NCBI GenBank assembly: GCA_043803945.1
Contig: JAZDJN010000031.1
Span: 1 to 57,822 of the forward strand
Reading direction: 5' to 3'
From: a bacterium
GTDB taxonomy: Bacteria > Bacteroidota > Ignavibacteria > UBA10030
Length of the DNA stretch: 57,822 bases
Below the pieces are notes generated by a model. The model was given only the letters and a program-made list of their open reading frames with translations. It was not told the DNA's origin and ran no database searches. This document shows positions 1-9,949 of this stretch, one piece after another. The position numbers and the translations under genes are program-made. How positions within the stretch are numbered: the first letter of the stretch is position 1; each line of letters opens with the position of its first letter.

Positions 1-125
1 ACTAAGGATGCGAAGAATAAAAAGAAAAAGGAGTAATGGAAATTTAAATTAATTCAACAGTTTTTCCTTTGTGTCCTTGGTGAACTTTGTGGTTTGATTA
101 TGTTCTTAACTTTTCGGCCAGATCT

Positions 126-929
126 CTAGTGCTGTCCCTGAAAGCTCTTGATGTAGAGAATAGAATTTATAAAGAGATTTTTCCCGGCTGTGTTCATCTG
201 TGCTGGTGAGGCGAAAAATCCCCAGAAGAGGTAGTGCTGTACTCTACCAATCGCGACAGCCTCAAATCCTTTGGAATTATTATAGCCGGTCGCCAGCACC
301 TCTCCACCGTTCTTCTCTGAAAATTTTGATGGTGCAATAACCACACCTCCGGGCTTTACCGATGCAGATTGGACGCTCCACACGGTCAATTGGTCGGGTA
401 ATTCTTTGCCGCCGGGATATGTCCGATAACTTGCCGGCGTACGACGCTTCGCATATTTGGGTTTAACAGAGAAGGGAGAATTGAATACTTTCTGATCTGG
501 CAGTTCACCCTGAACCGCATCTGATAAACAGGTTCACATATAGCCGGAACCTTGGTAGGCCTTAAAGAGCAGTTGCCCGCATTCCCAACCGATGAGTAGT
601 GCGGGTTTCGTGATATCCTCCAGCTTCATCGGGAACTCTATCGACTGCTCGGCGTCAACCACATCGATGATGATGACATCGAAAGAATCAATCGGCGCCT
701 TACCGATGAACGCAACATTGCTCCCCTTCACATTGGTGAAGTAGGAGGAAAGTGTGTCGATAAATTCTTGTTGACGTGCGGAGTTCTCCGTGCCCAGATA
801 GAGAATCTTAAGGTCAAATTTCTCTCCTGAAGAATTCTGTGCAAGGGTGTTTTCAGTACCTAGTGACAGCGAAACGATAATGAGAACAGTCAGGAACAGA
901 TTGTGGAAGTCGACTATGGTTCGTGGCAT
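126..929 (-). CDS. Probable secreted selenoprotein (267 aa, U-x-C motif; flavodoxin/GATase-like fold suspected), split into two ORFs in the track
   Basis: ORF 534-929 ends at TGA (534-536). The same frame stays open without stops down to TAG at 126 and joins ORF 126-389. Read-through gives ...QGSGYM-U-TCLSDAVQGELPDQKVFNSPF.... The N-terminus has a signal peptide, and a hairpin lies just 3' of the TGA. Confidence 0.8.
492..524 (-). promoter_or_regulatory. Bacterial SECIS-like stem-loop
   Basis: GCGGTTCA-GGG-TGAACTGC (518-500) starts 15 nt after the UGA: an 8-bp stem with one G-U pair and a G-rich apical loop 23 nt from the UGA. A possible lower stem is TCAGAT/ATCAGA. Confidence 0.7.
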
Positions 930-933
930 ATGA

Positions 934-2271
934 TTACTTTTTCGATGTTTTCTTATTTGGAATCAGGATCAATTCGTCCTGTGGTTCAATGAGATAGCAT
1001 GCGCCCTCTTCATTAATAACTGCCATCTCTTCAACAGAGATTGTCTTTGTCGTTTTCTCCCCCTTATACTCTACCGGCCAGCAATAAAAGCCATCATAGG
1101 CGAAGAGTTGATTCACACGCAGGACTCGTGCCGCATCTCCCGTGGGTGGCCGGTCGGATTGTCCACCGCTTAATGCGGGTCCAAGGTCATGTGCCCAGTA
1201 CCCCACCGGATGTCCTGTTCCCCACATTATTGGTAGGGATTGATTTTCCTTCAACCACAACCGCTGCACTTTGTCTGCATCGTATCCGCGAATTCCAGGC
1301 CGGAGCGCATGAAGTACTTTTCGGTGTCCCGTCTTTGCGATTTCCCAATATTTTTGTATCTCTGGTGGCGCGGTAGTTTCTCCCTTTTTCAGGACATAGG
1401 CAAACCGTTGAATGTCGCTGCACCAAATTCCATAGACCTTGATCCCAAAGTCCATCTGAATAACATCGCCCGGTTGGATTACCTTATCGGTTGAGTGTGA
1501 GTGTCCGCGGTCGGGCCCTGAGTTGACGCTCGGATTTTGATCCGGAGCCCAGCCGTCTTCCACACCCAATTCCTTCATTCTCTTCTTAATGAATCGTGCC
1601 ACATCGGCATCGGTGGTTTTCTCAGGAATTACCGCGTTGTATGCTTCAATCTCCAGTTGGTTGGTGAGCTTGGCTGCACGGGTCATTATTTCAATCTCAG
1701 CAGACAGTTTAACGGAGAGCCATCCAATCACAACTTCCTCGGACGAGATCAAACGTTGAGACCACTCAAGCCCCAGCTCCTTTTCCATCTGAGTGCGCTG
1801 CGTGAAAGATAATCCATCGGCGATTGCACGGCTGGAGGAATTCACGGCAATTGTTCGGGGTTGGTAGAGACCGAGTTGTTGCACCATTGTCTGCCAGACA
1901 TTTGTGCCGCGCGGGATAACAATGACAGTATCATGCAGTCCAATCTCTTTGAGAGCTGTCGATTCGCCCATGGGTGAAATAGCGATCGATCGGATGGACC
2001 CATTAATGTTGAAAAAGAGAAATGCTGCGGTTCCCCCTGCATTTTCTCCTCCCACATGAATTGCCAGCGGGTCATTATTGTTTTCCCTGCAAATGACGAT
2101 CCACGCATCTGCCTGAGCACGTTTCATCGCATCAGGCAGAAGCGTTCGGATCCGTTCTTTCCGAATCCGGGGCCATGGAGAGGGTGTGTGGGCAAATTCC
2201 TGGGCGAGTGTCACTGTGCTCCAGGCGAAAAAAGCAATCAATGGCAGAAGTTGTTTTAGTCTCATCGTCAT
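934..2271 (-). CDS. Exported M24 family (Xaa-Pro) aminopeptidase
   Basis: Signal peptide; pita-bread metal ligands DFG..SDIQR, GHPVG..HD, VEE. Confidence 0.85.
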   Translation of the reverse strand: MTMRLKQLLPLIAFFAWSTVTLAQEFAHTPSPWPRIRKERIRTLLPDAMKRAQADAWIVICRENNNDPLAIHVGGENAGGTAAFLFFNINGSIRSIAISPMGESTALKEIGLHDTVIVIPRGTNVWQTMVQQLGLYQPRTIAVNSSSRAIADGLSFTQRTQMEKELGLEWSQRLISSEEVVIGWLSVKLSAEIEIMTRAAKLTNQLEIEAYNAVIPEKTTDADVARFIKKRMKELGVEDGWAPDQNPSVNSGPDRGHSHSTDKVIQPGDVIQMDFGIKVYGIWCSDIQRFAYVLKKGETTAPPEIQKYWEIAKTGHRKVLHALRPGIRGYDADKVQRLWLKENQSLPIMWGTGHPVGYWAHDLGPALSGGQSDRPPTGDAARVLRVNQLFAYDGFYCWPVEYKGEKTTKTISVEEMAVINEEGACYLIEPQDELILIPNKKTSKK

Positions 2272-2440
2272 ACTCCTGTTAAACTCTTATGGAACACCAA
2301 CTGTCGAAAGATAGAGAGGAGGGAGTCGAAGTGCAACTGGATTTACTAGTGAAACCAACGTATGAGGATTTCCTTGAGAAATATCGCTTTCCTCTACAAC
2401 CTTTCCCGAAAAATTCCTATCATTATGGTAGAATTCAATT

Positions 2441-2500
2441 AAAAATGAAAAATGAAAAGTAAATAAATGGAACAACAATGAAAAATTTAAAATGAAAAAG
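2441..2500 (+). repeat. Degenerate heptamer array (AAAATGA-like)
   Basis: aaaaatgaaaaatgaaaa...aatgaaaaatttaaaatgaaaaag; same type as 50558-50645. Confidence 0.55.
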
Positions 2501-2547
2501 GAATAAAGGAAGAGAAAGAATCTCGAGATGATACTAAGAGGTGGAGT

Positions 2548-4050
2548 ATGAACACTATACGTTTGCTGAAATGGATCATTCTTACCTTGATGGTCCTTGT
2601 GTTCCTATGCTCAGCACAGGTCGATCGCAAGCCGGCTGTGGCTGGACAGTTTTATCCCGGTACGGCTGATGAATTGACAAAAACACTTAAAGGCCTCTTC
2701 AGCAAAGCTGTCCCATCAAAGAATCTCAAGAATGTTGTTGCACTCATTGCACCGCATGCCGGTTATGTCTATTCCGGTGCAGTCGCAGCAGCAAGCTATA
2801 ACCAGATCGAGGCAGGCAGAACCTACGATAACATTTTCATCATTGGTGTGAGTCATCATGTTGGATTTGAGGGTGCATCGATCTTTATCAGAGGGAACTA
2901 TGAGACTCCGCTTGGTATCGCTCGAGTGAATAAGAAACTTGCAGAACAACTCCTCAAAGAACATTCAGTCTTTACTTCCCGCACAGACGCCCATGAACAG
3001 GAACATAGCGTTGAAGTGCAGATTCCCTTTTTGCAATATCGATTTGGCAGGGAGGTTTCCATTATTCCGATTGTTATGGGTTCGAGTTCTCCGGAGACCT
3101 GCAAAAAGATTGCTGCAGCATTGCAGCCATATTTGAATTTGAAAAATCTCTTTGTTATCAGCACAGATTTTTCTCATTTCCCGCCCTATGCCGATGCGAT
3201 GCGTTTGGATAAAGCAACTGCCGCTGCGATCGCCTCCCGGTCGCCGGTCACGCTGATTAATACAATGACCACCAATGCCCGCCAGCAAATTCCGAATAAT
3301 GAAACAAGCTGCTGCGGGTGGCCGGCTGTTCTCACCCTTCTCTACATGATCGAGAATGATACCCGGTTCGTCGTCCATCAAATCGACTATAAGAATTCCG
3401 GCGATGCCGATCCTTCATTGAAAGATCGCGTTGTAGGATACCATGCGATGGCTGTTACAATGAAGGAGAATCCGCAAACCGGACAATTTGAATTAACAGA
3501 GAAGGACAAACGGGATTTGCTCACGGTTGCGCGAACGACCATCGAACAGTACACACTCGATCGCACTGCTCCGGAAATCGATGCTTCTAAATTTTCCGGT
3601 ACCATTAAGAAAAATTTCGGTACGTTCGTTACACTTCACAAGGCGGGAGAACTTCGCGGCTGCATAGGGCGATTCACGGCAGCAGAACCAGTCTATAAAG
3701 TGATCCAACAAATGGCAATCGCCTCAGCGACGGAAGATCCACGGTTTCCCTCTGTCTCGAAGCAAGAGGTGAAAGAACTGGAGATTGAAATTTCTGTCCT
3801 CACTCCGATGAAGAAGATAACTTCCATAGATGAGATTAAGCTTGGAACCCATGGTATTTACATCCAGAAGGGGATGAATTCAGGTACGTTCCTTCCTCAG
3901 GTTGCATTGGAAACCGGCTGGACAAAAGAGGAGTTTCTGGGACACTGTGCACAGGATAAAGCAGGCATTGGCTGGGATGGATGGAAGGATGCAACTATTT
4001 ATACCTATGAGGCAAAAGTATTTAGCGAAAAAGAACTAGTCAAAAAATAG
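2548..4050 (+). CDS. amrB: AmmeMemoRadiSam system fused protein B (MEMO1-like) + protein A (AMMECR1-like), with N-terminal signal peptide
   Basis: MEMO motifs RKPAVAGQFYP, PHAGYVYSG, EHSVEVQIPFLQ, STDFSHF, CG. AMMECR1 motifs FVTL..LRGCIG, DPRF, IEISVL, TFLPQVA. Hydrophobic N-terminus ending LCSA. Confidence 0.92.
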   Translation: MNTIRLLKWIILTLMVLVFLCSAQVDRKPAVAGQFYPGTADELTKTLKGLFSKAVPSKNLKNVVALIAPHAGYVYSGAVAAASYNQIEAGRTYDNIFIIGVSHHVGFEGASIFIRGNYETPLGIARVNKKLAEQLLKEHSVFTSRTDAHEQEHSVEVQIPFLQYRFGREVSIIPIVMGSSSPETCKKIAAALQPYLNLKNLFVISTDFSHFPPYADAMRLDKATAAAIASRSPVTLINTMTTNARQQIPNNETSCCGWPAVLTLLYMIENDTRFVVHQIDYKNSGDADPSLKDRVVGYHAMAVTMKENPQTGQFELTEKDKRDLLTVARTTIEQYTLDRTAPEIDASKFSGTIKKNFGTFVTLHKAGELRGCIGRFTAAEPVYKVIQQMAIASATEDPRFPSVSKQEVKELEIEISVLTPMKKITSIDEIKLGTHGIYIQKGMNSGTFLPQVALETGWTKEEFLGHCAQDKAGIGWDGWKDATIYTYEAKVFSEKELVKK

Positions 4051-4109
4051 TTGCAGAGCTAGACTCTGAGTTCTTCAGCAAGAAATTATGAACGACAAAC
4101 CAGGAGGCT

Positions 4110-6173
4110 TTGGTGGTACGAAGTAAGAAGAAGGATCTTCAATCATTGCGATCTACCATCAACAAGATTGATACTGATATTCTTAAGCTCCTCGCTGAGC
4201 GACGCTCACTGAGCGGCAAGGTGATTGAAGCTAAAGATGCGACGGAAAAACCTCTGAGAGATCAGTCGCGGGAGGAAGATCTTCTCCGACAGGTCATAAA
4301 GATGGGCAAAGAGAAGGGGCTGGATGCCTACTTCGTGAAAAAGGTCTTCTATGAAATAATCGATGACTCGCTGCGCATTCAGCAGGATTATCTTCAGAAG
4401 AAGGTGAACCGTGACTTGCTGGCCGGGCAGGTTCTCCGCATTGCGATCCAGGGGATTACCGGTTCGTATAGTTACCTTGCAGCGCGGGAGTTTTTCTCGA
4501 ATGTGGAGGCAAGATTATCATTCGTCGGGAAAGAACGGTTTGAAGAAGTCGTCCAAAGTGTCGAGCATGGCGAGGCAGATTATGCGATGCTTCCCATTGA
4601 AAACACGACATCAGGCGGCATCAACGAAGTGTATGATCAATTGCTCCATACCACGCTCTCAATCGTCGGTGAAGAAAAATACCATGTCAACCACTGTCTG
4701 GCTGGAGTGAAGGAAGTACCGATCGGCAAGATCAAAAAAATCTTTGCCCACCATCAGGCTGCGGCACAGTGTTCGCGGTTTCTCGTAACATTGACCGGAT
4801 GTCAGGTTGAATATGTGTACGATACGGCAATGTCAGTGAAGAAGATTATGGATGAGAGAAATCCGGCTCATGCAGCAATTGCCAGTGAAGATGCGGCAGG
4901 ATTCTTCAAAGCGAGAATTCTGCGAAAGAACATTGCCAATCAGACGGAGAATTACACGCGGTTCTTGATCGGTTCACGAAAACCAATCGAGGTGGATCTG
5001 CGCATACCCTGCAAAACATCACTCGTCATGGCAACATCGCAGGAACCCGGTTCGCTCGTCAGTGCGCTGATGGTGCTTAAGAAGTACAATATTAATATGA
5101 CAAAACTCGAATCGAGGCCGATCCTTGGGAATCCCTGGGAAGAGATGTTCTATCTCGATTTTGAAGGGAACATGGCCGACAGTGTAGTACTGAAGATGCT
5201 CGATGAATTCGGCCGCTTTACACGGTTCCTGAAAATTCTCGGAAGTTATCCATCGCGGGACTTGCCGCGAACAAAAGTCGATGCCATAGCTCCATCGCCT
5301 CAGATTGAGGTAAAACCAATTCAGGTGAAGATCGCTGAGCAAGCGGCTCATCCAACGCCCCAACACTCCGGCAAATCAAAGAACTATAAACTGGCAAGCA
5401 GGGAGTATAAGTCGGATGATACAGTCATTAAAGTACGCGATGTAGAAATCGGTGGAAACAATTTTGTCGTGATTGCCGGGCCATGTTCCGTTGAATCGCA
5501 TACACAGATTATGCAGTGTGCACAGCAAGTGCGGGAGCATGGCGGACAGATTTTGCGCGGCGGGTGTTTCAAGCCGAGAACCTCACCCTATGCGTTTCAA
5601 GGGATGGGATATGAAGGGCTTGATCTTCTTGTTGCCGCAGGTAAAGCGTACGAACTGCCCACGATCACGGAAGTTCTCGCTGTCGATCAGATCACCGAGG
5701 TTGCATCGAAGGCAGATATCCTGCAAATCGGTGCGAGGAATATGCAAAACTTTTCCCTCCTCAAAGAAGTGGGCAAAGTACATAAACCGATTATGCTGAA
5801 GCGCGGCCTAATGGCATCGATTGAAGAGCTGCTGAATGCAGCAGAATACATCCTTGCCCAGGGCAACCGGCAGGTGATCCTCTGCGAACGGGGGATCAGA
5901 ACCTTCGAGACTGCAACGCGCAACACGCTCGATCTCAGCGCGATTCCGGTACTGAGGGAATTGACCCATCTGCCGATCATTGTCGATCCTTCTCATGCCA
6001 TTGGCCAACGGGATAAAGTGATTCCGCTGGCAAAAGCGGCAAAAGTGGTCGGTGCTCATGGGATTATGATAGAATTTCATCCTGATCCGCCGAAAGCCCT
6101 GAGCGACGGCGAACAGTCGTTATGGTTCAGCCAGTTCGAACAATTAATGATCGAACTTCGTAATCTTCATTAG
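4110..6173 (+). CDS. pheA: Trifunctional chorismate mutase (AroQ) / prephenate dehydratase-ACT / type I-beta DAHP synthase
   Basis: AroQ LR..INKID..IL.LLAER..RD..RE; PDT LPIENT, N.TRF; ACT KLESRP; C-terminal [52 protein letters not shown] at about 4102; the start may be GTG 4113. Confidence 0.93.
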   Translation: MVVRSKKKDLQSLRSTINKIDTDILKLLAERRSLSGKVIEAKDATEKPLRDQSREEDLLRQVIKMGKEKGLDAYFVKKVFYEIIDDSLRIQQDYLQKKVNRDLLAGQVLRIAIQGITGSYSYLAAREFFSNVEARLSFVGKERFEEVVQSVEHGEADYAMLPIENTTSGGINEVYDQLLHTTLSIVGEEKYHVNHCLAGVKEVPIGKIKKIFAHHQAAAQCSRFLVTLTGCQVEYVYDTAMSVKKIMDERNPAHAAIASEDAAGFFKARILRKNIANQTENYTRFLIGSRKPIEVDLRIPCKTSLVMATSQEPGSLVSALMVLKKYNINMTKLESRPILGNPWEEMFYLDFEGNMADSVVLKMLDEFGRFTRFLKILGSYPSRDLPRTKVDAIAPSPQIEVKPIQVKIAEQAAHPTPQHSGKSKNYKLASREYKSDDTVIKVRDVEIGGNNFVVIAGPCSVESHTQIMQCAQQVREHGGQILRGGCFKPRTSPYAFQGMGYEGLDLLVAAGKAYELPTITEVLAVDQITEVASKADILQIGARNMQNFSLLKEVGKVHKPIMLKRGLMASIEELLNAAEYILAQGNRQVILCERGIRTFETATRNTLDLSAIPVLRELTHLPIIVDPSHAIGQRDKVIPLAKAAKVVGAHGIMIEFHPDPPKALSDGEQSLWFSQFEQLMIELRNLH

Positions 6174-6223
6174 AAGCAACGCTGTTTTCGGGAGCGGGTG
6201 CAGTTCAAGAGGTATCCAGGCGT

Positions 6224-8389
6224 TTGATGGACAATGCGAAAGGACCCAGCTTGTCAGTGAAAAAACTCTCTTTAGTACGACTGTTGCCGGTCATTGTTCT
6301 CGGGCTTTCTTCGATTGCAACGCAGATTTTTCTTCTGCGGGAATTTCTCTCTCTTTTTCAAGGCAATGAGCTTGTCGTTGGCCTGATCCTGAGCACCTGG
6401 ATGATGCTCACCGGCCTTGGTGCATTTCTGGGGCGTTTTGCATCGCGATGGGCCTTAAACATCTATCTCTCTTCTCTTCTTCTGATACTGCTTGCCGTGC
6501 TGCCGCTCAGCACCACAATATGTCTGAGGGTGTTACGCAATGAAGTTTTTCAGATAGGCTTGATGATCGGCCTCATGGAAATTTTTGTGAGTTCGTTCAT
6601 CATCCTTCTACCAATTTGCATGATCTCTGGTTTCGCGTTCAGCCATTTTGTCCAGCGCCTTTCTTCACAAACAGAATCGAATGAGACATCAAGGGTTTAT
6701 GCGTGGGAAGCGCTCGGGGGTGTCATTGGGGGAGCGCTCTTTAATATTTTTCTCATCTCGTATGCCAATACGATTCAGTGTTTTGCGCTGTTAGGGATGA
6801 TTAATCTCAGTGCAGCGTTGATGCTCGTGCTTCAATCGCCGCGTAAGATTATGGGATTGGGCATCATTCTCTTTCTGTTTATTGGTTGTGGATTCGCACT
6901 CTTTTCTGATCTTGACCGAACCACCCGTGCAAAACTCTTTCCCGATCAAACCCTCCTTGTCACACAGGATTCTCCCTACGGTAATCTCACGGTGACGCAG
7001 CAGGAGGAGCAGTTGAATTTTTATGAGAACGGAGTGTTGCTCGCTTCATCGAACGACGCAGTAAGGGCAGAGGAATCCGTCCATTTTGCGCTGGTGCAGA
7101 GGGAACGGATCGAATCGGTGTTAATGATCTCCGGTGCTGTAACCGGCTCGCCCAAGGAAGTGCTCAAGTATTCCTCGGCAAGTCTGGATTATTTGGAAGC
7201 TAATCCCTGGCTGATTAGTTTGACAGAACAGTACACGGAATTCTTGTCGGATTCCCGCATTCTCTGTATTGCGGAAGATGCGCGGCTTTTCATTCGGAAG
7301 ACAACGAAGCGGTATGATGCAATCCTGCTCAATCTGCCCGAGCCGGCAACCGCTCAGATGAACCGATATTATACCAAAGAATTCTTTTTAGATTTGCAGC
7401 GCTGCATGAATTCCGATGCTGTTCTCTCTCTTGGATTATTGCCCGAGACTGATTATCAAAGCAAGCAGGCGAGCGTAATCAATTCGACGATGGTTCAGAC
7501 ATTGAAGTCTGTCTTCAAGAATGTGGTCATCGTTCCAGGGACGAGAAATTATTTTCTTGCTTCCGACGGGGGATTGAGCCTGAACATCGCCGGTCTGGCA
7601 ACGAAGCGCGGTATTCAGACCACGTATGTCAATGAAAATTATCTCGATGACTACCTCTTGCAGCGGCGCAGTTTGCAGATCCTCGATCGCCTTTCGACGT
7701 CTGCTTCACTGAATTTGGATTTTCAGCCTATCTCCTATTATCAGCAGGTGATCCATTGGCTGAGGTACTTCTCGCACACCTACTGGTTGATGGTTCTGGT
7801 CGCTCTGGCATTCACTTCGCTGCTCTTGTTTCTGAATTTTACGAAGATCAGCTTTGGCTTGCTCACCGGGGGATTTACCGCGACGTCGTTGGAAGTGCTC
7901 TATCTTATTCTCTTCCAAATATTATTTGGCTCTATGTACCAAATCATCGGAATGCTGGTGACTGTGTTTATGGCAGGACTCGCAGCCGGTACTCTCCTCT
8001 GCCCGAAGATTGTACCGCACGTGACGATGAAACAATACGGCGCTATGCAACTGCTGCTTGGGGCCTTTTCTATCCTTTCCCTGATCTTTCTTTTTTATCT
8101 GGGTCCGGAGATCGCCTCAGGCACTTTAATATTCGCCATCATTGCGTTATTCCTTTTTCTCATCGCGTTTCTTGTTGGGATGGAATTCTTCACGGCCTCC
8201 AAACTCCAATTTGGATCTGTGCCGCTTGTTTCCTCGAAACTCTACACAACGGATCTCGTTGGCTCAGCGCTTGGCGCAGGATTAGTTGCGCTGCTCATTC
8301 TTCCGCTTTTTGGAGTTCTTAAAACAGGAATTATCATTGGTGCGATGAGTTTTGTCAGCGGCTGTGTTGCATTGCTAAAGAAACGATAA
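6224..8389 (+). CDS. Polytopic membrane protein with central spermidine-synthase-like SAM-binding domain
   Basis: About 7 N-terminal TM helices, SPYG..EE.VH, DARLFI..YD.I...PEP...YYT.EFF, C-terminal TM bundle with Y..DL.GSA.G. Confidence 0.85.
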   Translation: MMDNAKGPSLSVKKLSLVRLLPVIVLGLSSIATQIFLLREFLSLFQGNELVVGLILSTWMMLTGLGAFLGRFASRWALNIYLSSLLLILLAVLPLSTTICLRVLRNEVFQIGLMIGLMEIFVSSFIILLPICMISGFAFSHFVQRLSSQTESNETSRVYAWEALGGVIGGALFNIFLISYANTIQCFALLGMINLSAALMLVLQSPRKIMGLGIILFLFIGCGFALFSDLDRTTRAKLFPDQTLLVTQDSPYGNLTVTQQEEQLNFYENGVLLASSNDAVRAEESVHFALVQRERIESVLMISGAVTGSPKEVLKYSSASLDYLEANPWLISLTEQYTEFLSDSRILCIAEDARLFIRKTTKRYDAILLNLPEPATAQMNRYYTKEFFLDLQRCMNSDAVLSLGLLPETDYQSKQASVINSTMVQTLKSVFKNVVIVPGTRNYFLASDGGLSLNIAGLATKRGIQTTYVNENYLDDYLLQRRSLQILDRLSTSASLNLDFQPISYYQQVIHWLRYFSHTYWLMVLVALAFTSLLLFLNFTKISFGLLTGGFTATSLEVLYLILFQILFGSMYQIIGMLVTVFMAGLAAGTLLCPKIVPHVTMKQYGAMQLLLGAFSILSLIFLFYLGPEIASGTLIFAIIALFLFLIAFLVGMEFFTASKLQFGSVPLVSSKLYTTDLVGSALGAGLVALLILPLFGVLKTGIIIGAMSFVSGCVALLKKR

Positions 8390-8416
8390 TACCGGCAATT
8401 ATCTCGATGTAGAATT

Positions 8417-9571
8417 ATGAAATCCATCAGTAAGAGAGCGTTCATCCGATACTGTATCCTGGGATCTGGTTCCTGCATGCTGCCGCCTCACATCGGTGTC
8501 GGCCGATCCAGACTTGATACCGATTTCTCTCCGGTGTTATCACACCAACAGGATCTCGGTAAATGGAGTACTGAAGCATTCTTTTATTCGGTATTACCAG
8601 ATGGGATCAAGTGCAGCAAATGTCCGAATGAATGTCTGCTGGGCGAGGGAGACTCCGGCATCTGCCGGAATCGTGTGGTTGAGAAAGGGAAGCTCTATTC
8701 CATTGCCTATGGAAATCCCTGCGCAGTCCACATTGATCCGATCGAGAAAAAGCCTTTCTATCATTTTATTCCCTCCACTCGTTCATTTTCGATTGCTGCA
8801 GCCGGCTGCACCTTCCGTTGTTTAAATTGCCAGAACTGGGAGATATCCCAGGTGAGCCCGAGAGAGACGCAGAATTATGATCTCATGCCGGAGCGAGTGG
8901 TGGAAGAGTGCGAGAAAGCCCGGTGTGAATCCATTGCCTATACGTACTCAGAACCGACATCATTCTATGAGTATGCTTTCCGGACGGCGACGTTGGCGCG
9001 GAAAAAGAAAATCAAAAATGTCTGGAAGTCGAACGGTTATATCAATGCACCCGCACTCCGGCAGCTCTGCACCGTGATCGATGCCGCAAACATTGACCTG
9101 AAATCTTTCGATCAGGATATCTACCGCAGGCTTAGCAGCGGAAAACTTGCCCCAATCCTAGAAGCGCTCAAGATATTTCATGGTGAAGGGGTTTGGCTGG
9201 AGATTACTAATCTTGTGATTCCGAGCTGGACCGATAGTCTGGAGATGATTGCGAGAATGTGCGATTGGTTGGTGCAGAATGGCCTTAGTGAATGCCCGGT
9301 TCATTTTACACGCTTTACCCCGCTTTATAAGTTAACACATTTGCCGATGACACCGGTGTTGACGCTCGAGAAAGCCCGGGAGATTGCCTTGAAGGCAGGT
9401 GTGCGGTACGCCTATGTTGGAAATGTCCCCGGCCATCGTGCGGAAAACACCTTTTGCCATCGATGCGGAAAGATGATCATTGAGCGTAAGGGATTCCAGA
9501 TTGCCGTGAATCATATTGTTGGCGGTGTATGTAATTTCTGCAAGGAACGCATCCCTGGGGTGTGGGGATAA
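8417..9571 (+). CDS. amrS: AmmeMemoRadiSam system radical SAM enzyme with Tat-like leader
   Basis: CxxCP..C..G.C.R N-domain, DPIEKKP, CTFRCLNC (CX3CX2C), QNWEISQ, YTYSEP, YVGNVPG, C-terminal CxxC...CxxC. The N-terminus is MKSISKRAFIR. Confidence 0.95.
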   Translation: MKSISKRAFIRYCILGSGSCMLPPHIGVGRSRLDTDFSPVLSHQQDLGKWSTEAFFYSVLPDGIKCSKCPNECLLGEGDSGICRNRVVEKGKLYSIAYGNPCAVHIDPIEKKPFYHFIPSTRSFSIAAAGCTFRCLNCQNWEISQVSPRETQNYDLMPERVVEECEKARCESIAYTYSEPTSFYEYAFRTATLARKKKIKNVWKSNGYINAPALRQLCTVIDAANIDLKSFDQDIYRRLSSGKLAPILEALKIFHGEGVWLEITNLVIPSWTDSLEMIARMCDWLVQNGLSECPVHFTRFTPLYKLTHLPMTPVLTLEKAREIALKAGVRYAYVGNVPGHRAENTFCHRCGKMIIERKGFQIAVNHIVGGVCNFCKERIPGVWG

Positions 9572-9594
9572 ATTAGTAACTGCTATGAAAATAG

Positions 9595-9660
9595 AACCGC
9601 CCTGCCTGCCGAAGTAGCTTCAGCACGCAGGCAGGCAAAGCGCCAAGAACGCCAAAACAC
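9595..9660. repeat. REP-like CGCCAAGAACGCCAA element with inserted CCTGCCTGC...GCAGGCAGG palindrome
   Basis: cctgcctgcc...gcaggcagg followed by cgccaagaacgccaa; related motifs at 12496-12577 and 27726-27900. Confidence 0.6.
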
Positions 9661-9734
9661 CAAGATATTAATCAGTAATTCACGCTACGTAGGAAGAAGA
9701 AGATGTTTGATTGAAGCGAATAATCCTGTTCTTG

Positions 9735-9949
9735 ACCTCCCCTTTTTGGGGTTGTTCAAAAAGAAACAATGTGTCACACCGGAATGTGCCGCTTTACGGC
9801 ATCCCGTACAGCGGGCCTTTAATCCGGTGTCCAGTGCCTTAATTAAGCATTTTTCTGGATTCCGGTTAGAAGATTACCTGCCTCGCCGGCAGGCGGGCCG
9901 GAATGACAGTGCGCTAGTTTTCTTTTTAGTCAGACCCATATGGGGAGGT
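9735..9949. mobile_element. Nested MITE/REP composite
   Basis: Outer IR ACCTCCCC/GGGGAGGT; imperfect TIRs GGGTTGTTCAAAAAGAAA (9749) / TTTCTTTTTAGTCAGACCC (ends 9937); inner GTCACACCGG..CTGGATTCCGG..CCGGAATGAC; innermost CCTGCC..GGCAGGCGGG. Confidence 0.65.

Noticed and set aside
534-551. GSGYM identity between the selenoprotein candidate and the GxGYxYP protein
   Set aside because: A five-residue coincidence with no other similarity.
4088-4126. Short [15 protein letters not shown] as a Phe attenuator leader
   Set aside because: Only one Phe codon, it overlaps the gene start, and no terminator/antiterminator is visible.
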